64,000 bases of DNA, from the NCBI GenBank assembly GCA_035084275.1, contig CM068749.1:17670001-17734000 (forward strand), written 5' to 3'. Within the stretch, counting starts at the first letter, position 1; every line of letters starts with the position of its first letter. Positions 25,951 to 38,450 of this stretch are shown piece after piece. The notes below the pieces were generated by a model. It was not told where the DNA came from. It made no database searches and saw only the letters and a list, made by a program, of their open reading frames with translations. A program made the translations under genes and the position numbers. This DNA is from Hydrolagus colliei (Eukaryota).

Positions 25951-27002
25951 ACAATTCTCAGCTTGTTTGTATATTCTTGATAGATTAGTTTAAACAAAAA
26001 AGATAAGGTAAGTTAAAAAAGGAAGAGAAAATAGAGTAAAACAGCCAAAAACTGAACAGAATTAAACAAATTAACTTCCACAATTGTACAAGTTGTACAA
26101 TTTATATCAACTTATATTTCAATTGGTTTTGCGGTGTTCTAAAGAATTGATACTGTAATAAGAAAGCTGCTGATAATCATGCTATGTCTTCATTATATAA
26201 CTCAAAATAGTGTTTATTTCTAAACCCTCAGCCAGGAATCAAATAAGAACAATAGAGTTTTGTTTGGCAAAAGCAGACCAAGGTCCATCCAGTTCACCTT
26301 CCACCATCCTGGCAGTCGTTTGATATTTGTAGTCAGAAACTGTATCCTGAGATAGTATTTTCTAGCAGAAATCTATCTCATTTGTTTTTGCAACTCCAAT
26401 GTTAGCAGCTACTCTCCAAAATGCTCACTCCTTTTCTTGTTTGAGAATATTACAGAAACATGACGATACATTCAATAGAAACAGCTCTTTGTGAAGATCC
26501 AGCAAGCCTAGGCTACTTTGCATATAAGGAACACAACACTTTAAGCAATGAGATCAAACATAACTGTATCAACTTGCAGCACAATACTACGTTAGTAAAA
26601 TAGATTTAAATCAACTCGATGGTACAGTAGTCCTGTGCACGTCAGTAAGCACCGCATAACAAACATTATTTAGCGACCATGATGAGCATTGCCTTCTGTA
26701 GGCGTGTGGTTCCACCAACAGTACAATGCGAATGTAAGGGCTTTTTTCCCCACACCGGAGCAGGCGTTTTATTTTACTCTCCAGACTGCTTGTTAACTGA
26801 CTGTTATCAAACAGCATTGGGCCTATACATTGTTGTAACTCGTGTACCTCAGATGTACTCTGCTTTGCTAAGTTTTATGCAAGCAGCTTCTGCAACAGAA
26901 TCCATTTAAAGGGGCGGGCCTCCCCATTTCTCTTAAATAATATTATATACAGTACTGTATATTATTTACACATTACTACGGATTGCAAGAATAGGGTAAT
27001 CG

Positions 27003-27285
27003 TGACAGCCCCTCAAGATTGTCTTCTCCAGCGTGAACATGCCCAGTTAATCTAATCGCTCTTTGTAGTCCAGTCCCTTCATCAGCTCAATCCTATTGGT
27101 TGCCCGCCTCTATATCCATTCAATCGCTACAATATCCTTTTTATATCGCGGTGACCCAAACTGCACACAGTATTTCAAGCGCCGTAGCACCAGTGATTTA
27201 TAATGTGGCAGATATTGTCGATACTGTCCCGTTAATATAATCCAGCATCTGGTTAGCCCTACTCACTGCTACCGAGCAAATCATC
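27003..27285 (-). mobile_element. CR1 LINE ORF2 fragment
   Basis: Minus strand translates YKSLVLRRLKYCVQFGSPRYKKDIVAIEWI*RRATNRIELMKGLDYKERLD*LGMFTLEK, a typical CR1 segment. Confidence 0.9.
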
Positions 27286-28344
27286 TTTTGGTTCTACAAT
27301 GCATGTATTTATCAGGGCGTTTTCCTTTTAAAAATTTATATCAAATTGGAGCCGAGACTTCCTTTATTTTTGTTACATTTTCAGGATTCAGTTTTCGATG
27401 TTTTAAAAGCGTTCATTATGAGAAATACTGGGCGGCTACATCCACTTTCAATTTGTTTTTACTCTAATCCTCCTCTTTCAAATAGAGGCAGGTGCTTTAT
27501 ACATCATGACCTTTACCCATTATTACATGGTATGAAGTTTTCCTCAGTTATTGGTAGATTCAAAAATTGAGGAGTACAGATTTATTTTTAAAAAGTTTCA
27601 TGAGGTGAACAACAGGACGTACTGTGCATGTAACCTGGCTTATACAAGATCTTTCATTTGTTATACAGGTTCAAAAAGTGTTGACAACTATTAACCGAAA
27701 GCAAAATGGTTAAATATATTTCCCAGTGATTGAAGCATTATCCAGGGACTTGTCGGGCTTCAATAGAGTATTCAGTGGTAAGGTTAAAGCTGCATTTCAC
27801 ACAAATCACTTCTGAATGAATAAAAATGTGCTTGAACTTGGTATAATAAGTTAACTCAAATTTGAAACAATGCCACTTCATCAGGTTTTGCCGAACACAA
27901 GGAATTCCTGTTGGTAAACAATTCAAGTTGGGATTTATGTAAAGGTCACACTAAAAGTTTCCCAGAAAGAACGCATGCTAGAGTACTGATTTGTACTCAG
28001 TACCCAATATTGGATCCCTTGAATAACATGGCCCATCCAAACCATTTTACTGGGAAATCTGTCACTATTAAATCTCTAGAAAGAAGAAATATTATCACCT
28101 CCCATTTGTACAAAAAGTGCAATGTTTTACACTGTGTTTCTCCCCAATGCAGCTACTCATGGTTAAAAGCAGTGCTCATCTGATTCATTTTGTGATTGAA
28201 CTACTTTTTTTAAAATTACTCTCCTTCAATCTTCTCCCATTGTTCCTCTTCTCCTAAAATGATAACTTTGTTTTCCAAGTGAATTAGGTTCTTGAGGAAA
28301 ATCCAGCTGTTTCTTACCAAAACCTGCTGAAGTATCCCAATTGC

Positions 28345-28450
28345 CTTTGGGGCTGAGATCAGCTAACTTAACACTGAGCAAGGTTTGTACCTCTAACTTG
28401 CCAGACAGTGTGGCACAGTGCTAGACTCTTTATGATCATCAGACAAACTC
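28345..28450 (-). mobile_element. AmnSINE2-like tRNA-derived SINE head
   Basis: Reverse complement contains GTGTTAAGTTAGCTGATCTCAGCCCC; related to 29595-29710. Confidence 0.5.
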
Positions 28451-29594
28451 CTCTGGACATAGAGGGGATAGTTTGGGAAGCATTAATATATTAACATCCC
28501 CACAATGAAAGCAAATACAAACTGTTTATTTTCAATAAGCATTTCATGGTGAGTGACGTTTAGTTTCCTGTTCAATCGCATTATGATTTTGGAGGGATTA
28601 TCCTTTTGCTGTTTGCTTTTTGTTATTTATGCGAAGATTAACAATGTCTTCAGTGTTATACCTTACTGTTAGTTGCACCATGTGTAATCAAGAATTCACA
28701 GAAAAGTCCAGAGTGTTTAAGATGACATCCGTGACAAAACAAATTAACATTCCAGTCTATCAAGTTCATTAATTCCCATGCTCTCTGGCCTAGCTCAGGG
28801 GACATTGCAGATTTTTTGGCATTGCTTTGGGCAGCCCAGGCAATAGTCAGAACAGAGTCTACATCCACATCATGCTAATCCACTCCCCCTGCAGTTCAGC
28901 AGATAGTAGTGTCAATGATTTTTGGGGGTATTCAGGACGACATGTATCAAAATGTTACAATCCAGCACAAACACATTGTCTCTGAAATAAAGGATCTCAA
29001 ATGTATTCTTAAATCTTAAACATTCATTGAAACTGGATATGGATGTGCGGATATCTCTCAACATTGGGGTGGGAGGGGATTTCCACCCAATGTAAATACT
29101 GAAAGCAGATACACAGTGCACAGTGAGCTAAGTTTACCCAGGCCTTTATTTTAAGGGTGATCAGAAAAGTTTGTTGATCACCTATGGATGCTGAGTGGTT
29201 TATACGCTCATATGGTTGAAGGCAAATTATAAACATGTGGCATAAATTCAGACAATTTCTGAAACAGAAATGTACATGAAGCTTAACTTAATAAATTCAG
29301 GCGTTAATCCAGTCAATGAATGCTAGAAGGCAATTAATAGAAAAATATGTTTCACAGAGAAACAGGTAAATATAATAAACAATTGATTCACCCATTAGAA
29401 GTTTTAATATGTATTCATGAATTTCTCACAAATGGTTTAGGTAATATTATCTGCCAATGTTTCATAAACACCAACTGCCCTCTGGTATCTCACCTAAATG
29501 GTCATTCATTTGTGAGCCAGCCAATAAAGAAGCAATATCACAGCTGATTTGTTCTCTCCCCCCACCACCAGCAGTAATAAAGCATTAGATAGAA

Positions 29595-29710
29595 CCAGGA
29601 CAAATCACTAACTCTGCACAGACCAGCCATCAAACCTGCAGCCTTCGGGTTTGTCCGGTTCAGTGTTGCATCGGACAGTGCCTTTAACCAATAGGCCATC
29701 GGAGGAGCTC
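29595..29710 (-). mobile_element. AmnSINE2-like tRNA-derived SINE head
   Basis: GAGCTCCTCCGATGGCCTATTGGTTAAAGGCACTG...GGTTTGATGGCTGGTCTGTGCAGAGTTAG, with A- and B-box-like elements. Confidence 0.55.
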
Positions 29711-31234
29711 TAAGCAAATTGTGTTTCCTAGCCTAGTATAATCAGCCAGATTGAAGCCCAGCAGGACAGATCTAGGAACCGTGCAAGTTTAAAGCAGCTG
29801 TGTGCATTAATATGGCATTGCTGGTGGTAGAATTACCAAATCAAAATCACCTAAGGAATTTTTTTGTTTTAAAATTAATTGAAAATGGAGAAGCTCTTAT
29901 AGTACCCCACCAGGGCTGCCATTTTGCAGGTGGGTGGCCTGAGTACAGTACAGCTGCGCAATCCCACCCATCGACAGCCTAACCTATTTCCCCGGCAGTG
30001 TGTGGTACAGTGACTGATGAGACAGAGTTACTGTCACATCTGTCACTCGGGTTGATTTGGAAGACGTCAGGATTGGCTGCATAATATACATTACACCACA
30101 TTGCTCCTTTAACTCATGTACAAGTCTGTTGGTACATTTCACAGATCACCGTAACTACTGAATATAGCACATGTATCATAATGATCAACAATGTTACAAT
30201 ATTTTAGCTACTTGCCTCGAAAATAAAATTTAACTATTTACACCGTGCCATTTGCTTAGATTTGTTTTCTTCTGAACTAAGAATACCTGTTATTCTTATT
30301 TATGGATTTTCACATCTAGTATCATTTTCCAAGCTAGTCATATATTATCCTCTTCCCTCACTCTTTTCCCTTGTCTCTATCTAGCTAGTGTATATTTTCT
30401 GCCGGTTTTGCCTTCTGTTCCTGTCTCTGCTTATTTATTTTTCCCAAGTTTTTGGCTCCAAGACCACTTCAAGAGATTTGTTTTACTATGAAAAACAGTC
30501 TCTAGAGCACATGTCATTTCCAATGGGTCAAAGTCAGTGAACCAAGGAAGTAAATATTCAGTTGAAGAGCAAATGTGGTAAAATGAAATTGAGACATGTG
30601 AATTTAATTAACATTTTAGTTAATGTCTCAAAGACATAATATGGCGCTATATCAAATGCAAGGATTATCATTATTATATATTGAAATTTGTAGAAAGGAC
30701 ACAAGTACTGTATTTTCTTGTGATCAGATCTTTCCTACACACTTATCTTTCAAAATTGGCTTGGCCTGGAATCAATGCTTTCATTGTGGGAGAGTTAAAG
30801 ATAAGAATTATCTGTAACAACAATCTTTCTATCTTGGTCTCTGTCAATTTCTTGCCAATTAGATAACTAGTAGATAACGCAGACATGACTGTGTACAGCA
30901 CAAGAAACAAAATGCTGCAATTTAAATTTACTTCAGTGTCACTGGTTGGTTTAGCCTTTTATGTAAGTTGTATTTCAGTTTCATTGTTGAGATACCAAAT
31001 TTTCAAAGAGAAACGAGCAATGATGTTCTGCTTCATGGCTGAGTGACTGTCTGGATAGCAGTTTCAGTACTGAACAGATATAAATTCTTGCCCAACATAA
31101 AAAAATCAGAACCGTGGGTGAAAATATTAAATGGAATTTTTAAAAATGAAAGTCTTCAATATATTTGGTCTTTTCATCCTCAATGAGAAATCCTGTTGGA
31201 GTAGAATTCCCACAGGTCATTCATACATACTTAC

Positions 31235-31255
31235 AGTTATTATTGGTATCTCCAT
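31235..31255 (-). CDS. Candidate alternative first coding exon (MEIPIIT, phase 0)
   Basis: GCAAAATGGAGATACCAATAATAACT|GTAAGTATG: strong Kozak context and consensus intronic donor, with unique UTR-like sequence upstream to about 31500. Confidence 0.35.
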
Positions 31256-32609
31256 TTTGCAATGCAGACGCCTTCTTAAGGAATTGTTTTTTTTTAAAAA
31301 TCCACAAATTCTGTATTTATATTGCATTGGACTTCAGGGCCTCTCAAAATCTAAAGAGGTCTTTCAGTATCCCGAGGCTACAAGTGCCAAGTCTTCACTC
31401 TGTTTACATTGTGCGCAGAATACAGAACGGAGAAACTACATCTACAAACTGTTTGCTTACAAGCCCCGGCTGAAGTATGTTCAGTTACAAGAGTAGTGCA
31501 GAAAAACAAGACAAGTCAGCAAGTATGTTTGGTGATGCCGATTGAGTGATTTAAAAACCTATAAAGTATTTGACAGCATCATTCATAAATATCTACTTTT
31601 TTCTTTTGTACACAATTATGGAATTGCGGTGTGAGATTCAGCAATAGAGATTCAGCCATTTATTTGACACAGTTATAATCTGAGGTACAACAAATTGCAT
31701 TTCTATAACCTCTTCATGCAAGGTAACATCTCAAAGTGGTCAAAGACAGAGGGGGTCATTAAGGAGGGGAAAGGTGACCATAGGTACAGTCTAATAGATA
31801 GGTTGAAAAGAAACCTCACATCATTATACTGTATATAGGTGAAGAACAGAAATGAACAGAGATTGAGAAGCAAAGGAAATATTCTGTAGAAGGACAGAGT
31901 GTGTGCAAACAGAGTAGTAAAATCACAATCTGGCACACAATACAGATAAGAGAAAAAGTTCAAAAAACAAAACTGAAACATTTGGAAACCAAATCATTGG
32001 TGTTTTTGCAAAATGGATTTACATGTTGCTTGCTTTGGTCAGACTTTTCTGGCTTGAGACATCTCGTCGCAAATTTCACAACCTGAAACGCGAAAACTGG
32101 CTGTTGCAATTAATGCCACAAATTTCAGTTTGCAAATACGTACCACATTTTATACCTCCCCCCATTGGCTCAGTGCCAAATGCATGCTCTGATTGGTGGG
32201 AGGTGTACTGAAACCATCTTCACATAATTAACTTTGTTGTCTTAGTACTTAAATGTTGTGGTTTACTCTGGTAGTTCACATTTTATGTTTTCGTTTCCTT
32301 TGATTCTCTGGCTTGTTTCTCGCAATGCTAGACTCTTTTCTTGTCTCCTAACATATAGCAGCTTTATTTGATTAGTTTGCAGTCTGGAATTGGCCTCCCC
32401 TCCAGTGAGCTGCTGTTTGTAGGCCTCAAACAGAGCATTATATTGTGATGTCAATTATGTGGCTGACTGCATACAATTAGAAAAAAATCTGCTAAGTTTT
32501 AATATAATTACAATACTGATAGTTATTATGCAAATGTAACAGTTATTGGTGCTAAAACGTGCATGGTTGCCCTTCAACTGTTTTTAATTTCTTGAACCAT
32601 TTCTTTGCT

Positions 32610-32732
32610 TTTAACAGCGCAAGAATTTTGCCTACAAAACATACAGTCACTGCATTTTACAGTAAATTCTGTGAAGCTGGATAAGGTTTCACGATATGAA
32701 AGGAGCGATACCAAATGTAAGGATTATTATTG
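32610..32732 (+). mobile_element. Deu-SINE 3' tail
   Basis: CTGTGAAGCTGGATAAGG...GAAAGGAGCGATACCAAATGTAAGGATTATTATT. Confidence 0.65.
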
Positions 32733-35700
32733 TACGAATTGTACATACGGTGACAAACCTGAAAAAAATCATCCCTCCCTTTAAGATATTGTAACTAAAT
32801 TATGTACATAAATTTGAACTTAATAATATTTTAGCAGCCATTATAAGCATGAGTTTGAAATGAATGCATTAATGATTTAGCTCTACTGTACTCGGGGGTT
32901 TAGTTTATATTTTTATACCATCCCCACAGATGCTTTAATATGAGAAAATTATTCTGAAAATTAAAGAGCGTCACTGAAGTATCTATGATGTCAACACCAT
33001 TTTGTAAATACAGTTAACAATTATTTTTCCAGTCACTTTAATCTACAGTGGGAAAATGAGCAAAATTTGATGTTGAAGGTCTACTTCGCAGGGCTACTGT
33101 TTGTTTCCCTTAGTCTTTCCTTTCACTATTTGTTGCTGTGTCTTCAGCCATTATAGCCCCCTCTCTGGTACTCGCCCTCTCTCTCTTTCTCAAAATCTAT
33201 TTACCTTCTCATCCTGTCTTCAAACTTTCTTCAAAAATACATTTCTTTTCGACCTTTTTTTTCGTTCAGGCGGGTTGCCTGATACATACGGAAACCCATC
33301 ACCATGGGTTTGAGAGTATCCAAATCAAACTGAGAATTGCATGCATCTCACGTACACATGGATTGTTGGAATGAAATACTCACTCTCTCCCTAGAGGGTC
33401 ATTGCCTTTGCCCAACCGTCAAGTTCATCCTCCTCCTTGCTCAGTTTATATTGTTGTCGTTTCTGGCACGAAACCTAAAGTTAGTTTAAAACAAGTTGTA
33501 TCCCTGATAGCAAAAGCTGAACTATTTTTCTGTCTCCATTCCATTTATAAAATTTTCTTAAAACAAATGACAGGGTCTCCATATTTAGAATATTTAGGTG
33601 GACTCTGTACCTGGAACAGTCAGAAGCATACCTGAGCAGAAACTCAGGGAAATTGGGGAAACACATAGAAAAGGTAAAGCAATTTTGCAGGTAGATGTTT
33701 CGACTTTGAGTGGGGAATAATGTCTGAACAAAAAGCCACATAAAAAAAGTAAGAGAAACACATAATAGTTCTATGCAGATTCAATTTCTCCATAGTATTT
33801 TCTCGTACAGTATATTAATCTTCTAGACTTGTCCTATATATGAATAATTGCTGATCAAAAATGTCACTGTGGAGTATTTGATTAAATATTAGTTCAAAAT
33901 TTGCCATAAATCCATCCACCCCCTTCCCTCCCCCCTCACAAGCTTTAGCTTTGACCTGGTTCTTATTAATATTTATTGCAATCATTCAGTTTAAAATAAA
34001 TACTCCAAAGTCATTATAGAGTAACATCTACCTGCTTGTAGCCATGTATGATGCATATCAGCACAGAAATGATGACCTTTTATTTGCTAACTCATATTAA
34101 TTTTCCCCTGCAGTCTGGATGAGGAAAAAACATAATTTAGATGAGTTATTCTTTCTTCTGGAGTATCTGTTTCACTAAATAATCATCTTTCACCTCAGCA
34201 CGGTCAGCTGGTGCTGTAGTGTCACGTAAATCTCCATGTTTATTCAGCCATCATTTTAATTAAATGTAAAAAGCATCAAATCTTTTCCATATGCACAATT
34301 CTAAAAGTAAATGTAAGCCAGGCTTTCAGAAAGCAGTAACATTACTACAATTTGCATCAATCAACAAGATGTGAAATGCCAGCAAGCTGGATGCTAAATG
34401 AAATCATCTCTTCTATCGGTTATTTCTGTTCTGGTGACCTCTGGTAATGTATTAACTCTTTAATAAACATTACATTCGCCATCTGTTGTTGGTGAAATGT
34501 TCAACACTTCACTCTGTAAATCCATACTCATTGGTTACTCAAGTAACAGGATCCACATTGTATGCACATACTAAGGATTACCTCAGGGACAGAAATCCAA
34601 CCATTAATTTCTTTTAAACAGGAACAAATAAGATGACAGGTACCACTGCTGTTTAAATTAAAATGGCCAAAGGAAATTGAAGCTATAATATTTCTTATTA
34701 ACAGGCATGAAGAGAGACTTATTAAAGCCTGGTACAACAAATCAGTTCTTTTTAATGCATTTGTGAAACAGAGGAAAATGTTAAAGCAAAAGTTAATCAG
34801 AATATAATTATCAAACGGCATACACAATGTACACATGAATGTAGAAAAATAATTTGAAATTAAGGAATTTCAATTAAAGGACTGAATAATGGTGAATTAC
34901 AAATCAACTGGTTCTCACCAAGAAACAAATTAATAATGTTATTAGTTAGAAACACAAATCCAATGCTTTAGCAGTCACGATCAGAAGAAAGATTGAAAAC
35001 AATTCAGAAATGTTTCCCCTATCATTGAAATCAGCACCCAAATCATTGTTTCCATTAATTTTCTAAATAACCTTTATGCTATTTATCAGAAACACTAATA
35101 GATATTGTATTCCTCCATACAAATTCAGCAACCATCACTAATTTAAGGTCACTGATGATGTCCATTTTCAATACCGTCAGAACTCTTGCCATTAGAAATA
35201 ATGAGCTTTGAGGAAACACAAGCAGGAGTCGATTGCAAAATGATGCCACATCTGCTAATAGCTTTAGCTCACCATTTGCAAATTGCTGGACGTTTTCAAC
35301 TTGTTAAAATGCGGCAAACAGGGTCTGAAGCACAGCTTACCACAGGCTTGGTGTAACGTAGCTTGTTTGATGGTTGGCTTACCAGATACACACCATTTCA
35401 AAGTTCAACTGATGAGAATTGCCCAATTCATCAACCGGTGGGAGAGCAATACGTAGCATGGTTACAATAACTATATATACACACAAAATGAATTGATTGT
35501 GTATTTAGTGGGCAAAATACAACAGCCAATTGCACACAGGGTTATACAATGACACTATAAGATGATAATAGAAAGAAGAGGGAACATCCTAATAGATCTA
35601 CAATGGCTGAGCTGTGCTGATGCACTTGTGGGTAATTGCATATATTGCATGACACACACACACAGCTTATATACAGGAAACACGTTCGGTTCATTCCGCA

Positions 35701-38163
35701 ACCTGCACTAAGTTTGACAGTCTGAGAAGTGGGCGACTCTACAAGTAGAGGTTTATGTGACAATTTCTGACAAGATTCCTGAATAAAATAATTGAGTGAG
35801 AACTCCTCATGTTAAGAGCAAATTCATGCCAGAAAATTAGACCACAATGTCTCTGGGCTGGGGGAGGGAAATACATTGCCAGTATTCCTGTTCCTGATTA
35901 CGATCCATCGACTTCCAGATGTGATTTCCTCATCAGAACTCATTCTGATGTCTGGTTACATATTGTCCTTCCCTCTTTCTGATATGGTGGGAAAATAAGG
36001 CACCCTATCCCTCCAGTCCACAGCAAAATACATTGATCGTTGAGCCCCCAATATTCTGAGGCGCAAGTGATCAAGACCAACGAGAATATGATCAACAAAC
36101 TGTTCCATACAGTTGATCTCATCATTGGAGACTGAGCCCCAAATTCTAACTTATTTCAAGGTTTGTTCAATTTACACATGTTTGTGCCAAGTTCTACTCA
36201 TCATTCCCTCAGCAATTAAATTCCAATTATGTGAGTAAATCATGTTTGTAAAATGCAGCATGTTTCGCACACAAGCATTGCTCTTCAAATGTGTTACTGT
36301 TTCCATGACAAGCTCCGGTAGCTGGCAGCTACAATGGTTTTGGCAGAAGGGAAGAGCCATTCTTCAATATTGCCTTAAGCTTCTGCCTAAGGCTGTTTTT
36401 GAACTCCATTTGGTACAGAAGATTACCATCCATTCTTTCTTTTATGTCCCACATAAATCAGAAATAAAACACATGTTCCATTGCATTGTTGTGAGCATTA
36501 CCCTTCCATAAGAATAGAATGTAGAGCATCAAAACACCCAGACAGCTGTCCACTTTGGTTAAAAAAAAATCTTGAACTAATCTATATCAAGCAGAGATTG
36601 GCAAATTGGTTACTGGAAAATATTCAATGTCTCTACCAATTGGCAGTAAACATCCCTATCAGATTAAAAAGCACTCAACAAGAGAAGGACCCACAATTTG
36701 GGATGATTTTAAACATGTTCCATTTGAGGACATCTGTAAGAGAACCATGTGGAGTAATCCCCATGAAATAAAAAATGCTGCCCTTAGCTGACAACAAACA
36801 AGTAAAGGAGTTTGCCAAGGACATTTTGGCCACCGTATTATTCCCTGTTAAGCAAGTCCCTGTGAGTTCCAGTATCCAATTGGTGGACTCAACATACTGA
36901 TGAAAATTAGTGAAAAGAAACCCGAGGATTTCAGTGAAATGCTATATAAAAGGAATCTACATACATCCCATCCCATTATCTATTAATCTCACATGCATAA
37001 AGACAATAAAAACACAAAGATTTTTTAAAAACAGAATATAAATTAGTTTTCAGGCATGCTATTGTCTCCAGGTGATACTTGTCAGTGAATTAACATTATT
37101 TTGGATTTATGAATTCCATACAACAGGAGTTATTGAGGGTGGTTTGGCACCTTGAATTCCAGGTATGAGTTGATTTGTTATTAAATGCCAAGGCCAACCT
37201 CCTCTTCTCACAGCTTCTTTGTGTCTGAAGGACGAAGTCTGTATTATTCTGTGAATCAGCTTCTACCAAGTTACATGGATTGAATAACCGGATTCCGAAT
37301 CATGTTTGAAGTGGCGTATACACAAAATCTTCACGGGAGGTGTTTCAGAATAAACCTTTTTTCCTCCCTTATTCCTTATATACTACTGTACCTAGCAAAA
37401 TTAGGTGTCCAGAAATTAGTTTTGGCATCAAGTTATATGCGTTCACCACAAATCTCAGAAATTCTAATGTACAGGTATTTGAAAAAGTGTTATTTGGTTG
37501 ATTGTAATGGGCTGGAGGAGTGGTACAAGCTGAATTTTCACACGTGCTGGTCTCCATTGCTATTTAGACCAACAATAGGCCTCTTCTAATGAACTTTCTG
37601 CAACAATGTTGTTTTTTGTGCAGATGTTGTATTGCAATAGGACCCATGGTCAATTGACGGGAGGCCACAAATCTGAGTGCAATCTGAATTTTGGCAAACA
37701 GTGTGAGACTACGTTCAGATAGTAGTCTTGTAAATGCGTGAGATTTGGCCTTGTAGTTCAAAAGTATCCAACTGATCCCCTAGGCCACTTTAAAAATAAT
37801 ATAACAAGAAAAAACATTAAAAATGCCTCCTAGATGCAGAGAAATAACAAGTGTAGCTCTGCACAGGCTTTTAAATATACAGCACATGCTCTCTGTTTTT
37901 CACAAAAACAAAGTATGCAGGGCATTAGAACTGATACCTACTGTATAATTAGGCATACATCTAACTGTCTTAGTGGATGAAAACATATTCTAAAGGTTAT
38001 TTGCACCCTCAAGTAACTGAAAACTGCAGTGCTCTAATTTTATAACTGCATCCCAAAACATCAGAGGTGTGGGTGAAACTGAACATTGTTTATTGGACAT
38101 CTATAAATTATTATTAAAAGAATCCTGCTGTGAGACAAGAATAAAAACTGACAAAACTGATAC

Positions 38164-38450
38164 TTGAAGCAACAGAATGGTTAGGAGTTCTCTGGTTGTG
38201 TGAGATAAGGCAGGAAGCTCTTGATAGACTGGATTTCTCTTCTTAGGTAACAAGGTCTGGTTCCTGCAGTCCTGGATGGGTTCCACTATTGCGGTTTCTA
38301 TGTCTACATACTAAGAGTCTCTGAACATTGACATGGAGTTGTCCAAGTTCAAGATGAATTAATCAGACTCTGCCAAGTACCTCCAGCACAGGAGTAGGTT
38401 CTCAATTAATTTGCTGTGTCATTTTAGGTCGGTCGTGTTTTTCAGAACTG
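38164..38450 (-). other. Candidate non-coding (5'UTR) exon of the minus-strand gene
   Basis: Unique sequence bounded by TTTAG|CAG (NAGNAG) and CAA|GTATCA. Stops in all three frames; splice signals only moderate. Confidence 0.25.

Noticed and set aside
3948-26015. Isolated strong plus-strand donors AG|GTRAGT (about 3952, 11632, 16408, 26008)
   Set aside because: The number is near chance expectation for 64 kb, and there is no coherent exon chain or ORF.
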